In this document: piece after piece, positions 8,627 to 18,933 of the stretch
How positions within the stretch are numbered: the first letter of the stretch is position 1
How the letters are laid out: each line of letters opens with the position of its first letter
Assembly: GCA_041946735.1 (NCBI GenBank)
Contig: JBHGAY010000005.1
Span: 118,048-182,047 of the forward strand
Direction of reading: 5' to 3'
Source of the DNA: Candidatus Eiseniibacteriota bacterium
Lineage (GTDB): Bacteria; Eisenbacteria; RBG-16-71-46; CAIMUX01; VGJL01
DNA: 64,000 nt
Notes under the pieces: model-generated
The model's database searches: none
Seen by the model: only the letters and a program-made list of their open reading frames with translations
Told to the model about the DNA's origin: nothing
Program-made: the position numbers and the translations under genes

Positions 8627-10419
8627 CGGCGGAGGGAGATCTTGCGGGTCGTCTCGATCCCGCCGGCGGCCCCCCGGACGCGGACGAAGTAGATCCCGCT
8701 CGGCACCGGGTTGCCCGCCTCGTTCTCGCCGCGCCAGACGAAGGCGAGCGTTCCGCCGGCGGCGACCGGACCAGCGGTCGCAGCGAGCGAGCGCACGAGC
8801 CGCCCGCTTGCGTCGATGACCTCGACGTCCGCGGACCGCCCGTCTCCCACCGCCGCCGCAGCCCCCGCCGCCATCTCCAGCCGGAGCGTTACTTCGCCGG
8901 CGAACGGGTTCGGGTAGGCGGCGAGGCGGACCGGCGGGCGCAGCGTCGCGTCCGCCACCGAGGCCCCGGAGTCCTGTCGATAGCCGATCGAGAGCAGGTC
9001 CTGCTGCGTGATCCAGGTGTAGCCGTACCCGACCGCGTAGAGGTCGCCGAGCGGGCTTGCGGCGATCGCGGAAACCTCGTCGGTCAGGCCGTCCCCCGAA
9101 TCCCGGATGGACGACCAGGCGATCGAGCCGTCTGCCGGGTCGAAGCCGACGAGGGTCGCGTCCCAACCGGTGGCGGCGGCGCTGCTGAAGCCGCCCGCAA
9201 CGATCTCCCCGGATGCCGCCCCGGAGACGGCGATCGCGGACGCGCCGTCGTAGTCGTGCGCGGGCGCATCCCACAGGGACCGCCACTGCAGCTCGCCATC
9301 GCCACAGGCGAACTTGCACACGAGGAAGTCGCCGCTCTGCACGCCTGCCACGAGGAGGTTGCCGTCGCGATCGCTCGCGGCGGCGCGCGGATTGTCGGAG
9401 ACGGCCCCAGGTGCGCCGTAGCGGGACTGCCAGACGACCTCGCCATCCGACGCATCGAAGCGGAAGGCGACCACGTCGAAGAGGGTGGCCGGCTCCCACA
9501 TCCGGTTCGTGACGAGAGCGTCGTCGTCCGAGCAGAGGAGGATCCATCCGGCCCGCTCGCCGATGTTGTTGACGGCCCCGGGCAGGACCTTCTGCCAGAT
9601 CGTCGTGCCGTCGGCCGAGTCCAGCTTCGCCGTGCAGAAATCGGCGTTGCCGTCCGCGCGTCCGAAGATGCCGGTCAGGACGGGATCGCCGTCGGATCCG
9701 ACGGCGATCGCCCAGGCTGCGTCGTCCTGATGGTCGGCGCCGCCGAGGAGCCTGGTCCAGACGACGTGCCCGTCGGCGGCGTCGAGCTTCATCGCGACGA
9801 CGTCGTCCAGTTCCGATTCGCCGTTGTACATGCGGCCGGTCAGGAAGACGTTGCCGCCGGAGTCGCAGGCGATCGCGTAGACGGATTCGTTCGTTCCGGT
9901 GGGGCTGGCGTAGTGCTGCAACCAGAGAGACTCTCCGGTCTCACCGTCCCGCTTCAGGACGATGATGTCGTCGCCGTGCCCTCACCCGACGCAGCCGCGC
10001 ACGTATCCGCCGACGAGCACGTCGCCGAACGGGTCGAGGACGATCGAGGTGAGCGCCATGTCGTTGCCGTCGGAGGCGAGGTACTCGGCCAGCCAGAGAA
10101 GGCGGCCGTCCTGGCGCGCGAGCCGGCGTACGGACATCGCCGAACCGTTGATGCCATCGCGCGTCTCGCCCCCGACGATCAGGTCGCCGTTGGGGGCGGC
10201 GACGGCGGCGGTCGCGTAGTCGGAGTAGGCGCCTCCGGCGTCGTAGAGGTCCAGCCACTGCTCGGACGGCTCGGCGGCCGCGGCGCGGGAAAGGGGGAGG
10301 GCGAGGACGAGGGCAAGGGCAGCGGCCAAGGCGCAGATGCGGATTGCGGCAGAGGCGGAAGCGGAAGCGGTGGTGGCGGCGGTGGCGACGACGGTGGCGG
10401 GACCGGCGGGTGTCTTCAT
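8623..10419 (-). CDS. Secreted SBBP/PQQ-like beta-propeller protein with FlgD-Ig-like C-terminal domain; one in-frame TGA (codon 146, 9982-9984) in a CxxU motif, candidate selenoprotein (598 aa if read through)
   Basis: ATG at 10419 after AGGAGA, with a signal peptide ending AAAA-E. Track ORFs 9982..10947 and 8623..9921 share one frame and are joined by TGA-GHGDDIIVLKRDGETGESLW, which continues the propeller repeat. Confidence 0.75.
9941..9965 (-). promoter_or_regulatory. Candidate bacterial SECIS hairpin
   Basis: mRNA +17..+41 after the UGA: UCAUCGUCCUG-AAG-CGGGACGGUGA, 11 contiguous pairs (2 G-U), with a G at +27 at the apex. Confidence 0.55.
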
Positions 10420-10720
10420 CGGATCTCCTGCGGCGGCCTTCGAATGCGTCTCGTCTGCCGTGTGCGGCGGCCGGTCGAACCGCGCCGGTCGAACGGCGTC
10501 GATCGAATCGTGTCGATTGTAGCAGGTCGGGACGGCGCCCGGCGACCTCGCGCTGGCTCGCCCGCTTCGAATGCGAGCGGAGGCGAGCCCCTTCCTGGTG
10601 CCTTCCGGACGGTGGGCGGGTATTCTCCCGACGGCGGCCGGGCGCGCCGGGTCAACCGGGCGCACCGGATCGAAGAGGCGCGCGCTGGCAGATCCGGCCC
10701 GGACAAGAGGAGGAGGAGGC

Positions 10721-11101
10721 ATGCCGGCAAGGGCGAAGGCGATCGACCGGACGACGGGAAACGTGGCGCGGGCGGCGAAAGCAGCGAGCGCTATCTCGAT
10801 CCTGATGCTCGCCGCGTTCTTGATCGGAGAACGGGCGAGCTTCTCCGCCCTCACCTGGAAGGACTGGCTGGGCCTCGCCCTGTTCCCGGCCGGCGTCGTC
10901 GCCGGAATGGGGATCGCGTGGTGGCGGGAGATCCTGGGAGGCGCCATAGCCTGCGGGTCGCTCCTCGCCTTCTATCTGATCCACGGGTTGTGGCTGAGCG
11001 GCCGGCTCCCGAACGGGATCTTCTTCGTCCTGTTCGCCTCGCCGGGATTGCTGTTTCTCGTCAACGGCCTGATCCGCTACCGGAGAAGCCGGGGAAGGTA
11101 G
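10721..11101 (+). CDS. Small 4-TM hypothetical membrane protein
   Basis: ATG after a GGAGGAGG run; four hydrophobic segments ('LALFPAGVVAGMGIAWWREILGG'). Confidence 0.75.
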   Translation: MPARAKAIDRTTGNVARAAKAASAISILMLAAFLIGERASFSALTWKDWLGLALFPAGVVAGMGIAWWREILGGAIACGSLLAFYLIHGLWLSGRLPNGIFFVLFASPGLLFLVNGLIRYRRSRGR

Positions 11102-11107
11102 AAGCAG

Positions 11108-12979
11108 GTGCCCGGCCGCTCCTCGCGCCTGCGCCGTCTTCCGTCCGGGCTGCTGCCCGCCGTGCTCGCGCTCTCGCTGCTCGTGCTCGGCGCGCTCGCC
11201 CTCCGGCTCTGGGGGATCCGCTACGGGCTGCCCCACGTCTATCACACCGATGAGATCTTCGAGGTGAAGCGGGCGCTGAAGCTGGGGGCGGGGCAGTTCG
11301 ACTTCCACCGTGCGTTCAAGGGGGGGCTCTACTACCTTCTCTTCATGGAGTACGCGGTCTACTACGCGTGGCTCCGTCTCGGCGGCTCGATCCGCTCGAG
11401 CTACGACTTCCTCGTACTGTTCTTCCGCGATCCGACCGGATTCTGGATGATCGGGCGCTCCACGGTCGCGGTCATCGGCGCTGCGACGGCCGTCCCCGTG
11501 TTCCTTCTCGCGCGCCGCCTCGCCGGGCGGACGATCGCGGGGATCGCCGCCGCGCTCTTCCTCGCGATGAGCTTCGATCACGTCTGGTCGTCGCACTTCA
11601 CGACGGTCGACGTGCCGATGGTGGCGCTGCTCGCGGTCGCGTTCCTCTTCCTCGAGCGGGCGGCTCACGAGAACGGAATGCGCGCGATCCTCGTCGCCTC
11701 GATCTTCGCGGCCTTGGCGACCGCCACGAAGCTCCCGGCGATCGTCTCCCTCGTGCCGCTGGCGATCGTCTCGCTCGCGCGGCCCGCGGCCGTTTCGCTC
11801 GCGCGGCCGGCCACGCGGCCGGCGGCCGTTTCGCGCCTGCGCCGGCTCGCCCTGGCGGCGCTCGTCTTCGCGGTCGTGACGGCGATCGTCAACCCGGGTT
11901 TCTATCCGGAGATCCTGCGTCTCGCCGGCAGCCGGCTCGGCCTCGCCACGCCCCCGCCGCAGCCGCCCGACGATCCCTATCCCTTGCGGACCGAGAACGT
12001 GTGGATCTACTACCTCGTCTCGATCGTGCATTCACTCGGGCTCCCGATCGTCGCGCTCTCCGCCGGCGGGGCGGTCCTCGCAATTCGCCGGCGGACGATG
12101 ATCGACGTCTCGCTCCTCGCCTTCGCCGTGGCGCTCTATCTCTTCGTCTGTCTGCCCTGGTCGGAGGACTTGATCTATCCGCGCTACACGCTGCCGATCC
12201 AGCTCGTGCTCGTTCTCTTCGCCGGATGGTTCGTGTCGTGGCTGCTCCAATGGAGCTTCCTCGTTCGCCGGCAGAAACTCGCCGCCCCCGCCGCGGCCGT
12301 CTTGCTGGGGCTCGTCGCGCTTCCGCCGGCGATCGCCTCTCTGCGCTACGACGCGGGGGCGAGCCGTCCCGATAGCCGGACCATCGCGCGGCAGTGGATC
12401 GTGGAGCACCTTCCGCCCGAGTCGCGAATCCTGATCGAGGGCCGTGGCTATCAGACCTCCACCGGGACGGTCCCGCTCGTCAACCGTCCGGAGAACATCG
12501 AAGCCCTCGTCGCACGCTTTCGGTCTGCGGATGCGCGATGGAGCGGGAAAGCGGCCGGCGGGGGAGAGGACTCCGGCTCCGCCGGCTACGGCGCCGGCCC
12601 CGGTTCCGGCTCCGACTCCTACGCTCCGCTCAAGGATCGATTCCACCGGGCCGCCGTCGACGCTGCCGCCTCGACCCGGAGCTTCGACCTGATCCTCTTC
12701 GGCACCGAGACGCTTTCCTACCGGCGCCTGTCGGAGTACATCGAAGACGGAGCCGACTACGTCGTGATCGAAAAGGACCGGATGGAGAAGATGCGCGAGC
12801 CGGGCAACGCGGCTCGCTTCCCCGAAGCCGCCCGCTTTTATGAGGATGTCGCGAGCAACGGCGATCTCGAGCTTATGCGGGAGTTCGTGCCATCTGCCGG
12901 CGGTCTGGGCCCCGTGCTTCGGCTCTACCAGGTGCTGCGCGGGGACCCCGACGGCGCCGGATCACCAGGCCGCCGGTAG
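11108..12979 (+). CDS. GT-C superfamily (GT39/ArnT/PMT-like) glycosyltransferase
   Basis: LRLWGIRYGLP..YHTDE loop, many TM helices, SHFTTVD, ATKLP, RYTLP, DSRTIARQWI..HLP periplasmic domain. Confidence 0.85.
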   Translation: MPGRSSRLRRLPSGLLPAVLALSLLVLGALALRLWGIRYGLPHVYHTDEIFEVKRALKLGAGQFDFHRAFKGGLYYLLFMEYAVYYAWLRLGGSIRSSYDFLVLFFRDPTGFWMIGRSTVAVIGAATAVPVFLLARRLAGRTIAGIAAALFLAMSFDHVWSSHFTTVDVPMVALLAVAFLFLERAAHENGMRAILVASIFAALATATKLPAIVSLVPLAIVSLARPAAVSLARPATRPAAVSRLRRLALAALVFAVVTAIVNPGFYPEILRLAGSRLGLATPPPQPPDDPYPLRTENVWIYYLVSIVHSLGLPIVALSAGGAVLAIRRRTMIDVSLLAFAVALYLFVCLPWSEDLIYPRYTLPIQLVLVLFAGWFVSWLLQWSFLVRRQKLAAPAAAVLLGLVALPPAIASLRYDAGASRPDSRTIARQWIVEHLPPESRILIEGRGYQTSTGTVPLVNRPENIEALVARFRSADARWSGKAAGGGEDSGSAGYGAGPGSGSDSYAPLKDRFHRAAVDAAASTRSFDLILFGTETLSYRRLSEYIEDGADYVVIEKDRMEKMREPGNAARFPEAARFYEDVASNGDLELMREFVPSAGGLGPVLRLYQVLRGDPDGAGSPGRR

Positions 12980-12983
12980 CCCT

Positions 12984-13790
12984 TCAACCGCGACGATCCG
13001 CGCGAACGATGACCGGCGAGCCGAAGCGGGCGAGCAGCCCCACCGCCCGTCCCGGCCTCTCGAGCAGGCGCCCGATCGCCGCCGATCCGTGCATCCGGTG
13101 GAAGACCATCGGCAGGACGAACTGCGGTCGCGCCTCCCGCACCTGGTAGCCGTGGGCGTCGAGCATCCGCTCGATCGCGGCCGGCGAGAAGACCCGGTAC
13201 GGCCGCGTGTTCCCCTCGATCCTCCTCTTCACCGGGAATGTCTCCCTCGCGATCCGATTGAAGCTGCGAGACGACGGATAGTCGAAGAGGACGGAGCGGC
13301 GGGCGACGCGGCACAACTCGCCGAGCAGCCGTTCCGGGTCGGAGACGTGGGGAAGGAGGCGGAAGCAGAGGACGGCGTCGAAGCTCCGCGATTCGTGCGG
13401 AAGCTCGCAGAGCGAGCCGGTCTCGAAGGAGACCCGCCCATCCGCGAGAAACGGCGTCAGGCGGCGCGCAGCTTCCGGCCGGCTCCCGAGGACGAGGAGG
13501 CGATGGCCGGCGTGCAGCAGCGCGGGCGCAAGCTGCGCATGTCCGCCCCCCACGTCGAGCAGGAGGCCACCGGGCGGGAGGTCCGCGAGCAACGCGAGCG
13601 CCGACTGCGCCTGCCTGTCGAGGAACCACGCGCCGGCAGACCCGCGGAACCGCGCGGCGTAGGCGTCGGAAGCGGTGAACACGTCCGCCTCCTCGCAGTC
13701 GGATCCGATGCCGGCGCCGGCTCCGGCTCCGGCATTCGCGGCGGCGGCGACCGTCGCCGCCGGATCCCGCTCATGCCCGGGCCGGCTCAT
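12984..13790 (-). CDS. Class I SAM-dependent methyltransferase
   Basis: LLDVGGGHAQ, LPHESRSFDAVLCFRLLPH, ELCRVAR; start overlaps the end of asnB. Confidence 0.85.
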   Translation of the reverse strand: MSRPGHERDPAATVAAAANAGAGAGAGIGSDCEEADVFTASDAYAARFRGSAGAWFLDRQAQSALALLADLPPGGLLLDVGGGHAQLAPALLHAGHRLLVLGSRPEAARRLTPFLADGRVSFETGSLCELPHESRSFDAVLCFRLLPHVSDPERLLGELCRVARRSVLFDYPSSRSFNRIARETFPVKRRIEGNTRPYRVFSPAAIERMLDAHGYQVREARPQFVLPMVFHRMHGSAAIGRLLERPGRAVGLLARFGSPVIVRADRRG

Positions 13791-15747
13791 GCCTCGCCTC
13801 CCGCTCGCTCGCGCGCTCGATCCATTCGATGACGCTCTCGATCCCTTCCCCCTCGAGATGGAGCCGGTGCCAGACCTCGAGGTTGAGGAGCACCCAGAGC
13901 CGGTAGTTGTGGTCCCGGCGCCCGCCCGTATGCTCGTCGACCAGCTCGCGTAGCGCTTCGCGCCGGAAGATCCCTTCCTCGACCATCCGCGAGGAACGGA
14001 CCATCTCGCGCAACAGCTCTGCGAGCTCTTCGCGCATCCACCGCGCGAGAGGGAATCCGAACCCCTGCTTCGGGCGGTCGACGAGCGCCGCATCGAGATG
14101 CCGGGCGGCGATCCGGCGGAGCGCGTATTTGAGCGTGCGGCCGCGCAGCTTGAGGCGGCTCGGCACGCGGCACGCGAACTCGACCATCCGGTGCTCGAGC
14201 AGCGGCGGGCGCACCTCGAGGCCGTGAGCCATCGACATCCGGTCGACGATCGCGAGCAGGTGATCCGGCATGCGGGTCGAGAGATCGGTGTAGAGCATCC
14301 GCTCGATTTCGTCGCATCCGGTCGCGCCGTCGAAGTGCTCCAGGATCTTCGCGCGCGAATCGAGCGCGCCGATGCGTCCGAGCGCGTCGCCGGTGAAGAG
14401 ACGGCGCTTCGCCGCTTCGGTGAAGCGCAGCCACGAGAGGCTTTCCGCGTAGCGCTCCCCCTCGCTCAGCAGCGACATCTCGTTCACCCAGCGGAGCCGG
14501 TGCGACAGCCCCTTGTAGCCGTAGCTCTCCGGGACCAGGTCGATCATCTTCCGCAGGACGGTCCTGCGTACCGGCGCAGGGACGACGCGCAGCCGGTCCG
14601 CCAGCCGGTTGCCGGAGAAGCGATCGTAGCCCGCGAAGAGCTCGTCCCCTCCGTCGCCGGAGAGGACGACCTTCACGTGCCGCGCCGCGAGACGCGAAGC
14701 GAGGTAGACGCCGGCCGCGAACGGGTCGGACGGCTCGTCCATGTGCCAGACCATGCGCGGCACCAGGTGGACCAGGTCCGCGCTCACGACCTCCTCGTGG
14801 TGATCGGTGCCGTAGCGGGCCGCCACGAGCCGCGCGTAGGGAAGCTCGTCGAACTCCTCCTCGCGCACGCCGATCGAGAAGGTCGGGAACGGTCTGCGCG
14901 AGGCGGACTCCGTCGCCGCGAGCGCGGTGATCAGGCTCGAGTCGATCCCCCCACTCAAGAAGGCGCCGACCGGAACGTCGGCGAGCAGGTGCGCGCGCAC
15001 CGTCTCGCGCAGCCGCTCCTCGAGGCGATCGAGGATTTCTTCGTCGGTCCCTTCGAGTCGCGGCCCGAAGGCGAGCTTCCAGTACCGGGTGATCCGGGTC
15101 GTGCCGTCACGCTCGCGGACGAGGAGATGCCCGGCCGGCAGCTTCGCGATGCCGGAGAAGAGGGTCAGGCGGTCGGGGATCGTCCGTAGCGAGACGTAGT
15201 GATAGAGCGCTTCGAGATCGACGCGCGGCGCGTGCAGCCCGGTCGCGAGGATCGCTTTGACTTCCGACGCGAAGATGAAGCAGGGCGCGCCGCCCGCCGT
15301 CGTCTCGAGATGGAACAGCGGCTTCTGCCCCATCGGGTCGCGCGCGAGGAGCAGCCTCCCGCGCGGTTCGTCCCAGATTGCGAAGGCGAACATTCCGTCG
15401 AGTCGCTCCACGCATCGCTCGCCCATCTTGTCGTACAGGTGCAGGAGGACTTCCGCCTCGGATCGAGTCCGGAACGGGTAGCCCTCGCGCGAGAGCTCCT
15501 CGCGCAGGTCGTGGAAGTTGTAGATCTCGCCGTTGAAGACGATCGCCCGCCGCTTCTCGGGGTCGACGATCGGCTGCCGTCCGGTTTCGAGATCGAGGAT
15601 GCTCAGGCGCCGGTGGCCGAGGACGGCGCCGGGGAACTCCGCCCGCCCCTCGTCGTCGGGTCCGCGATGGGCGATCGCGTCAAGGGCGCGCGGGAGCCGC
15701 TCCCGGACGGAGGGGTCGGTCGAAAGGATTCCCGCGATTCCGCACAT
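13771..15747 (-). CDS. asnB: Asparagine synthase (glutamine-hydrolysing)-family amidotransferase
   Basis: MCGIAG start, HRGPDD, HRRLSILD, FNGEIYN, GMFAFA, LSGGIDSS, SGDGGDELFAGY, DRMSMAHGLEVR, KQGF. Confidence 0.95.
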   Translation of the reverse strand: MCGIAGILSTDPSVRERLPRALDAIAHRGPDDEGRAEFPGAVLGHRRLSILDLETGRQPIVDPEKRRAIVFNGEIYNFHDLREELSREGYPFRTRSEAEVLLHLYDKMGERCVERLDGMFAFAIWDEPRGRLLLARDPMGQKPLFHLETTAGGAPCFIFASEVKAILATGLHAPRVDLEALYHYVSLRTIPDRLTLFSGIAKLPAGHLLVRERDGTTRITRYWKLAFGPRLEGTDEEILDRLEERLRETVRAHLLADVPVGAFLSGGIDSSLITALAATESASRRPFPTFSIGVREEEFDELPYARLVAARYGTDHHEEVVSADLVHLVPRMVWHMDEPSDPFAAGVYLASRLAARHVKVVLSGDGGDELFAGYDRFSGNRLADRLRVVPAPVRRTVLRKMIDLVPESYGYKGLSHRLRWVNEMSLLSEGERYAESLSWLRFTEAAKRRLFTGDALGRIGALDSRAKILEHFDGATGCDEIERMLYTDLSTRMPDHLLAIVDRMSMAHGLEVRPPLLEHRMVEFACRVPSRLKLRGRTLKYALRRIAARHLDAALVDRPKQGFGFPLARWMREELAELLREMVRSSRMVEEGIFRREALRELVDEHTGGRRDHNYRLWVLLNLEVWHRLHLEGEGIESVIEWIERASEREARHEPARA

Positions 15748-15788
15748 TCTTCCGCTCCCTCGCTTCGCCTTGCTGCCGCCGCGCTTCG

Positions 15789-16772
15789 CTAGAGGAGCCG
15801 GCGCTCCCGATACCAGGCCGCGGTCCGCCGCAGCCCCTCGTCGAGCTCGATCTTCGGATCGTACCCCAGCTCCGCGACCGCCCGGCCGATGTCGAACGCG
15901 CGGTTCTGGCGGTACCAGTCGACGCGTCGCGGAAAGATCGGGGGCGTTACTCCGAACGGGCGGCAGACGGCCGCGACGACGTGCCCCGCGACGATGAGTG
16001 GCGCGAGCGGATACCGGGGGAGCCGCACGTCGACCTCGAGCGCCGCCGCCACCTTCCGCACGATCTCCTCGATCGTGTAGTAGCGCCGGTCGGCGATCAG
16101 GTAGGTCCGCCCGTCGCCGCGCCCCGGCTCCTGCACGAGCAGGAACGCGTCGACGAGATTGTCGATGTAGAGGGGATGGTAGAACGTCCGGCACGATCCG
16201 AAGAGCGGGAAGCTGCCGCGCGCGACGCGCCGGAAGATCATGTAGAAGCGCTCCGGATCGCCCGGGCCGTAGATCGCCGCCGGTCGCAGGATCGTCGTCC
16301 GCATGCCACGCGCCGCATGCTCCTGCACGATCGGCTCCGCGAGATACTTCGTCCGCTGGTAGTAGTCGGCCGGCGCGATCGGCGCGTCCTCGTTCGCCGG
16401 CGGATCCGCGACGTCCCCGTGGACCCCGCAGGTGCTGCAGTAGACGAACTTCTCGACCCCTTCGCGCGCGGCCTCTTCGAGAACGTTGCGCGTTCCCTCG
16501 ACGTTCACCGCTGCGTAGTGCGCCTCGGGGACGTTCATCTCCCGGAAGGCGGCGGCGAGGTGGTGTACGATCCGGGCGCCGCGCATCGCCTCCCGGACCG
16601 CGATCGGATCGGTGACCGATCCGAGGACGATGCGAGCCCCGCGCGCGCGCAGCGAATCGCTCGCCAACCCCTCTTTGTTGTCGAGCGCCGTGACCTCGTG
16701 CCCCTCGTCCAGAAGGCGGCGGACGAGCGCGGCCCCGGTGAACCCGGTCCCCCCCGTGACCAGGATCTTCAA
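15789..16772 (-). CDS. NAD-dependent epimerase/dehydratase (extended SDR)
   Basis: TTG start after GGAGG; ILVTGGTGFTG, HLAA, YQRTK, IYGPGD. Confidence 0.9.
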   Translation of the reverse strand: MKILVTGGTGFTGAALVRRLLDEGHEVTALDNKEGLASDSLRARGARIVLGSVTDPIAVREAMRGARIVHHLAAAFREMNVPEAHYAAVNVEGTRNVLEEAAREGVEKFVYCSTCGVHGDVADPPANEDAPIAPADYYQRTKYLAEPIVQEHAARGMRTTILRPAAIYGPGDPERFYMIFRRVARGSFPLFGSCRTFYHPLYIDNLVDAFLLVQEPGRGDGRTYLIADRRYYTIEEIVRKVAAALEVDVRLPRYPLAPLIVAGHVVAAVCRPFGVTPPIFPRRVDWYRQNRAFDIGRAVAELGYDPKIELDEGLRRTAAWYRERRLL

Positions 16773-17095
16773 GGCGACCTCCCCTCCCTGCGAACCGGCG
16801 CTCCGCGGGGCCCGCTTACGGGCCGGGCGCGCTCCGCCGCGCCTGCGCCCGTGCCCGGGCCCGCGCCCGCGCACGGCGTTGCGACCGCACGACGGTATCG
16901 CAACGCGTGTGGCGAGGCAACGTCCGACCGGCGGCCGGTTTTGCGGCATACATCCTCCTTTATCATTTCGTCTCCCCGCTGCTACGCTAGCGCGACTCCC
17001 GTTTTTCGCCGTCCGCGGATGAAAGAGCGTTCATCTCTCGCGGGGACGCGGCGCGCACCGGGAGCGGGAAACGGCGACGGAGGGGCGAGCCCACG

Positions 17096-18916
17096 ATGCG
17101 GATCCTCGGTATCACGGACGGCCAGACGAGCGGAGCGGCCGTCCTCGAGAACGGCCGGCTGCTGGCGGCGATCAACGAAGAGCGGATCGTCCGTGTGAAG
17201 ATGGCGCGGGGATTCCCGTGGAAGGCGATCCACGAGGCGCTGGCGCTGAGCGGCACGCGTCCCGAGGATGTCGGCGCGGTCGGCGTCGCGCAGGTGAACA
17301 TGGAGCTGCGCGAAGAAGTCACCGGCTGGCCGGGTTGGTTCGAGGCGCGCGACGAAGAGGAGGACGTCCACAGCTCGTTCTTCCGCGTCGCGTCGCGCTA
17401 CGGCGGTCTCGTCCCGTTCGTCCCCGGCCTGAAGCAGGCATACTACGCGCTGCGGCGTCCCGTCTACGCGAAGCGCCGGGCGAGGATCGAGGAGATCCTC
17501 CGCGAGGACTACGGGATCGCCGCGCCGGTGCGCTTCTTCCATCACCACTACGCACATGCGACCTCGGCGTACTACACCTCGAACTTCGACGACGCCCTCG
17601 TCGTCACGATGGACGGCGGCGGCGACGGCCACTCGTCGCACGTCTACAGCGCGCGCGGCGGCGCCTTCCAGTCGCTCGCGACGGCCGACTCCTACGACTC
17701 GCTCGGCAACTACTACGCCTACGTCACGGCGCTCTGCGGCTTCAAGGCGAAGCGGCACGAAGGGAAGATCACCGGTCTCGCGGCGCGCGGCCGGCCCGCC
17801 TATCGCGACCTCTTCGACCGAATGATCGCTTGCGAGGAGGGGCGCCTCACGAACAAGGGGCGCGTGCTCTTCCACCGGGCGATGGAGAAGATCAGCGCGT
17901 CGCTTCCCGAACGATGGGAGATGGAGGATCTCGCGGCGACGATCCAGGCGGTCGCCGAGGACGTCGCACGCGAGTACGTTCGCTACTGGATCGGCCGAAC
18001 GGGACACCGGGACGTCGCGCTGGCCGGCGGCCTCTTCGCGAACGTCCGGATCAACGAGGAGATCCTGCGGATTCCCGAGGTCCGCAACGTCTTCGTGCAT
18101 CCCGGCATGTCGGATGAAGGACTCGCGGTGGGCGCCGCATACGCGTACCAGGCGCTCCTCGACCGGCGCGAAGGGCGCCGATTCCAGCCGCGGGAGCTGC
18201 CCCACGTCTACCTCGGCAACGGGTACGGAGAGGAGGAGGTCGCCGCGGCTCTGCGCGAAGCGGGGCTCGAGGCGCGCCATCTTCCCGGGACGATCGAGGC
18301 CGCGATCGCCGAGCAGCTTGCGCAGGGCAAGGTGGTCGCGCGCTTCCACGGGCGCATGGAATACGGCCCCCGCGCTCTCGGCAACCGCTCGATCCTCTAT
18401 CAGCCAGGCGATCCGACGGTGAACGACTGGCTGAACGAGCTGCTTCGCCGCACCGAGTTCATGCCGTTCGCGCCTTCGTCGATGGCCGAACATTCCGCGT
18501 CGCTTTACGAAGATCCGGACGGCGGGCTCGATCCCGCTCGCTTCATGACGATCACCTTCCACTGCAAGCCGGTCATGCGCGAGCGGTGCTCCGGCGTCGT
18601 CCACGTGGACGGAACCGCTCGGCCGCAGATCGTCCGGCGGGAAGACAATCCCTCCTACTACCGGATCCTGGAGGAGTACCACGCGCGCACCGGCACTCCG
18701 GTCGTGATCAACACCTCGTTCAACATCCACGAAGAGCCGATCGTTCGCTCCCCGCAGGATGCCATCCGCGCCTTCCTCGACAGCGCCCTCGATTGCCTCG
18801 CGATCGGGGACTTCCTCGTCGCCGGCCCAGTCGGTAGCATGGCGACGCGAAAGAAGTGGGAGGGCAAGAGCCGCTGGGGCAGGATCGTCGACTCTCCGAC
18901 CTCCCGCCTCGCTTGA
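17096..18916 (+). CDS. Carbamoyltransferase (CmcH/NodU family)
   Basis: MRILGI...EERI.RVK, HHYAHA, DGGGDG, HEGKITGLA, LAGGLFANV, EYGPRALGNRSIL, HVDGTARPQ, NTSFNIHEEPIV. Confidence 0.95.
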   Translation: MRILGITDGQTSGAAVLENGRLLAAINEERIVRVKMARGFPWKAIHEALALSGTRPEDVGAVGVAQVNMELREEVTGWPGWFEARDEEEDVHSSFFRVASRYGGLVPFVPGLKQAYYALRRPVYAKRRARIEEILREDYGIAAPVRFFHHHYAHATSAYYTSNFDDALVVTMDGGGDGHSSHVYSARGGAFQSLATADSYDSLGNYYAYVTALCGFKAKRHEGKITGLAARGRPAYRDLFDRMIACEEGRLTNKGRVLFHRAMEKISASLPERWEMEDLAATIQAVAEDVAREYVRYWIGRTGHRDVALAGGLFANVRINEEILRIPEVRNVFVHPGMSDEGLAVGAAYAYQALLDRREGRRFQPRELPHVYLGNGYGEEEVAAALREAGLEARHLPGTIEAAIAEQLAQGKVVARFHGRMEYGPRALGNRSILYQPGDPTVNDWLNELLRRTEFMPFAPSSMAEHSASLYEDPDGGLDPARFMTITFHCKPVMRERCSGVVHVDGTARPQIVRREDNPSYYRILEEYHARTGTPVVINTSFNIHEEPIVRSPQDAIRAFLDSALDCLAIGDFLVAGPVGSMATRKKWEGKSRWGRIVDSPTSRLA

Positions 18917-18933
18917 TCCAGCACGTCGGGTAC

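Noticed and set aside
8623..9921. Treating the downstream half of the propeller as a separate gene starting at TTG 9921
   Set aside because: It would start mid-blade without a signal peptide, the RBS spacing is weak, and the 20 codons upstream continue the repeat in frame.
6781..11253. 1490-aa ORF and many other long Arg/Ala/Pro-rich overlapping ORFs (e.g. 643..2991, 18944..20785, 39096..41255, 57832..59886)
   Set aside because: Shadow frames expected in very GC-rich DNA; the motif-bearing genes lie in other frames.
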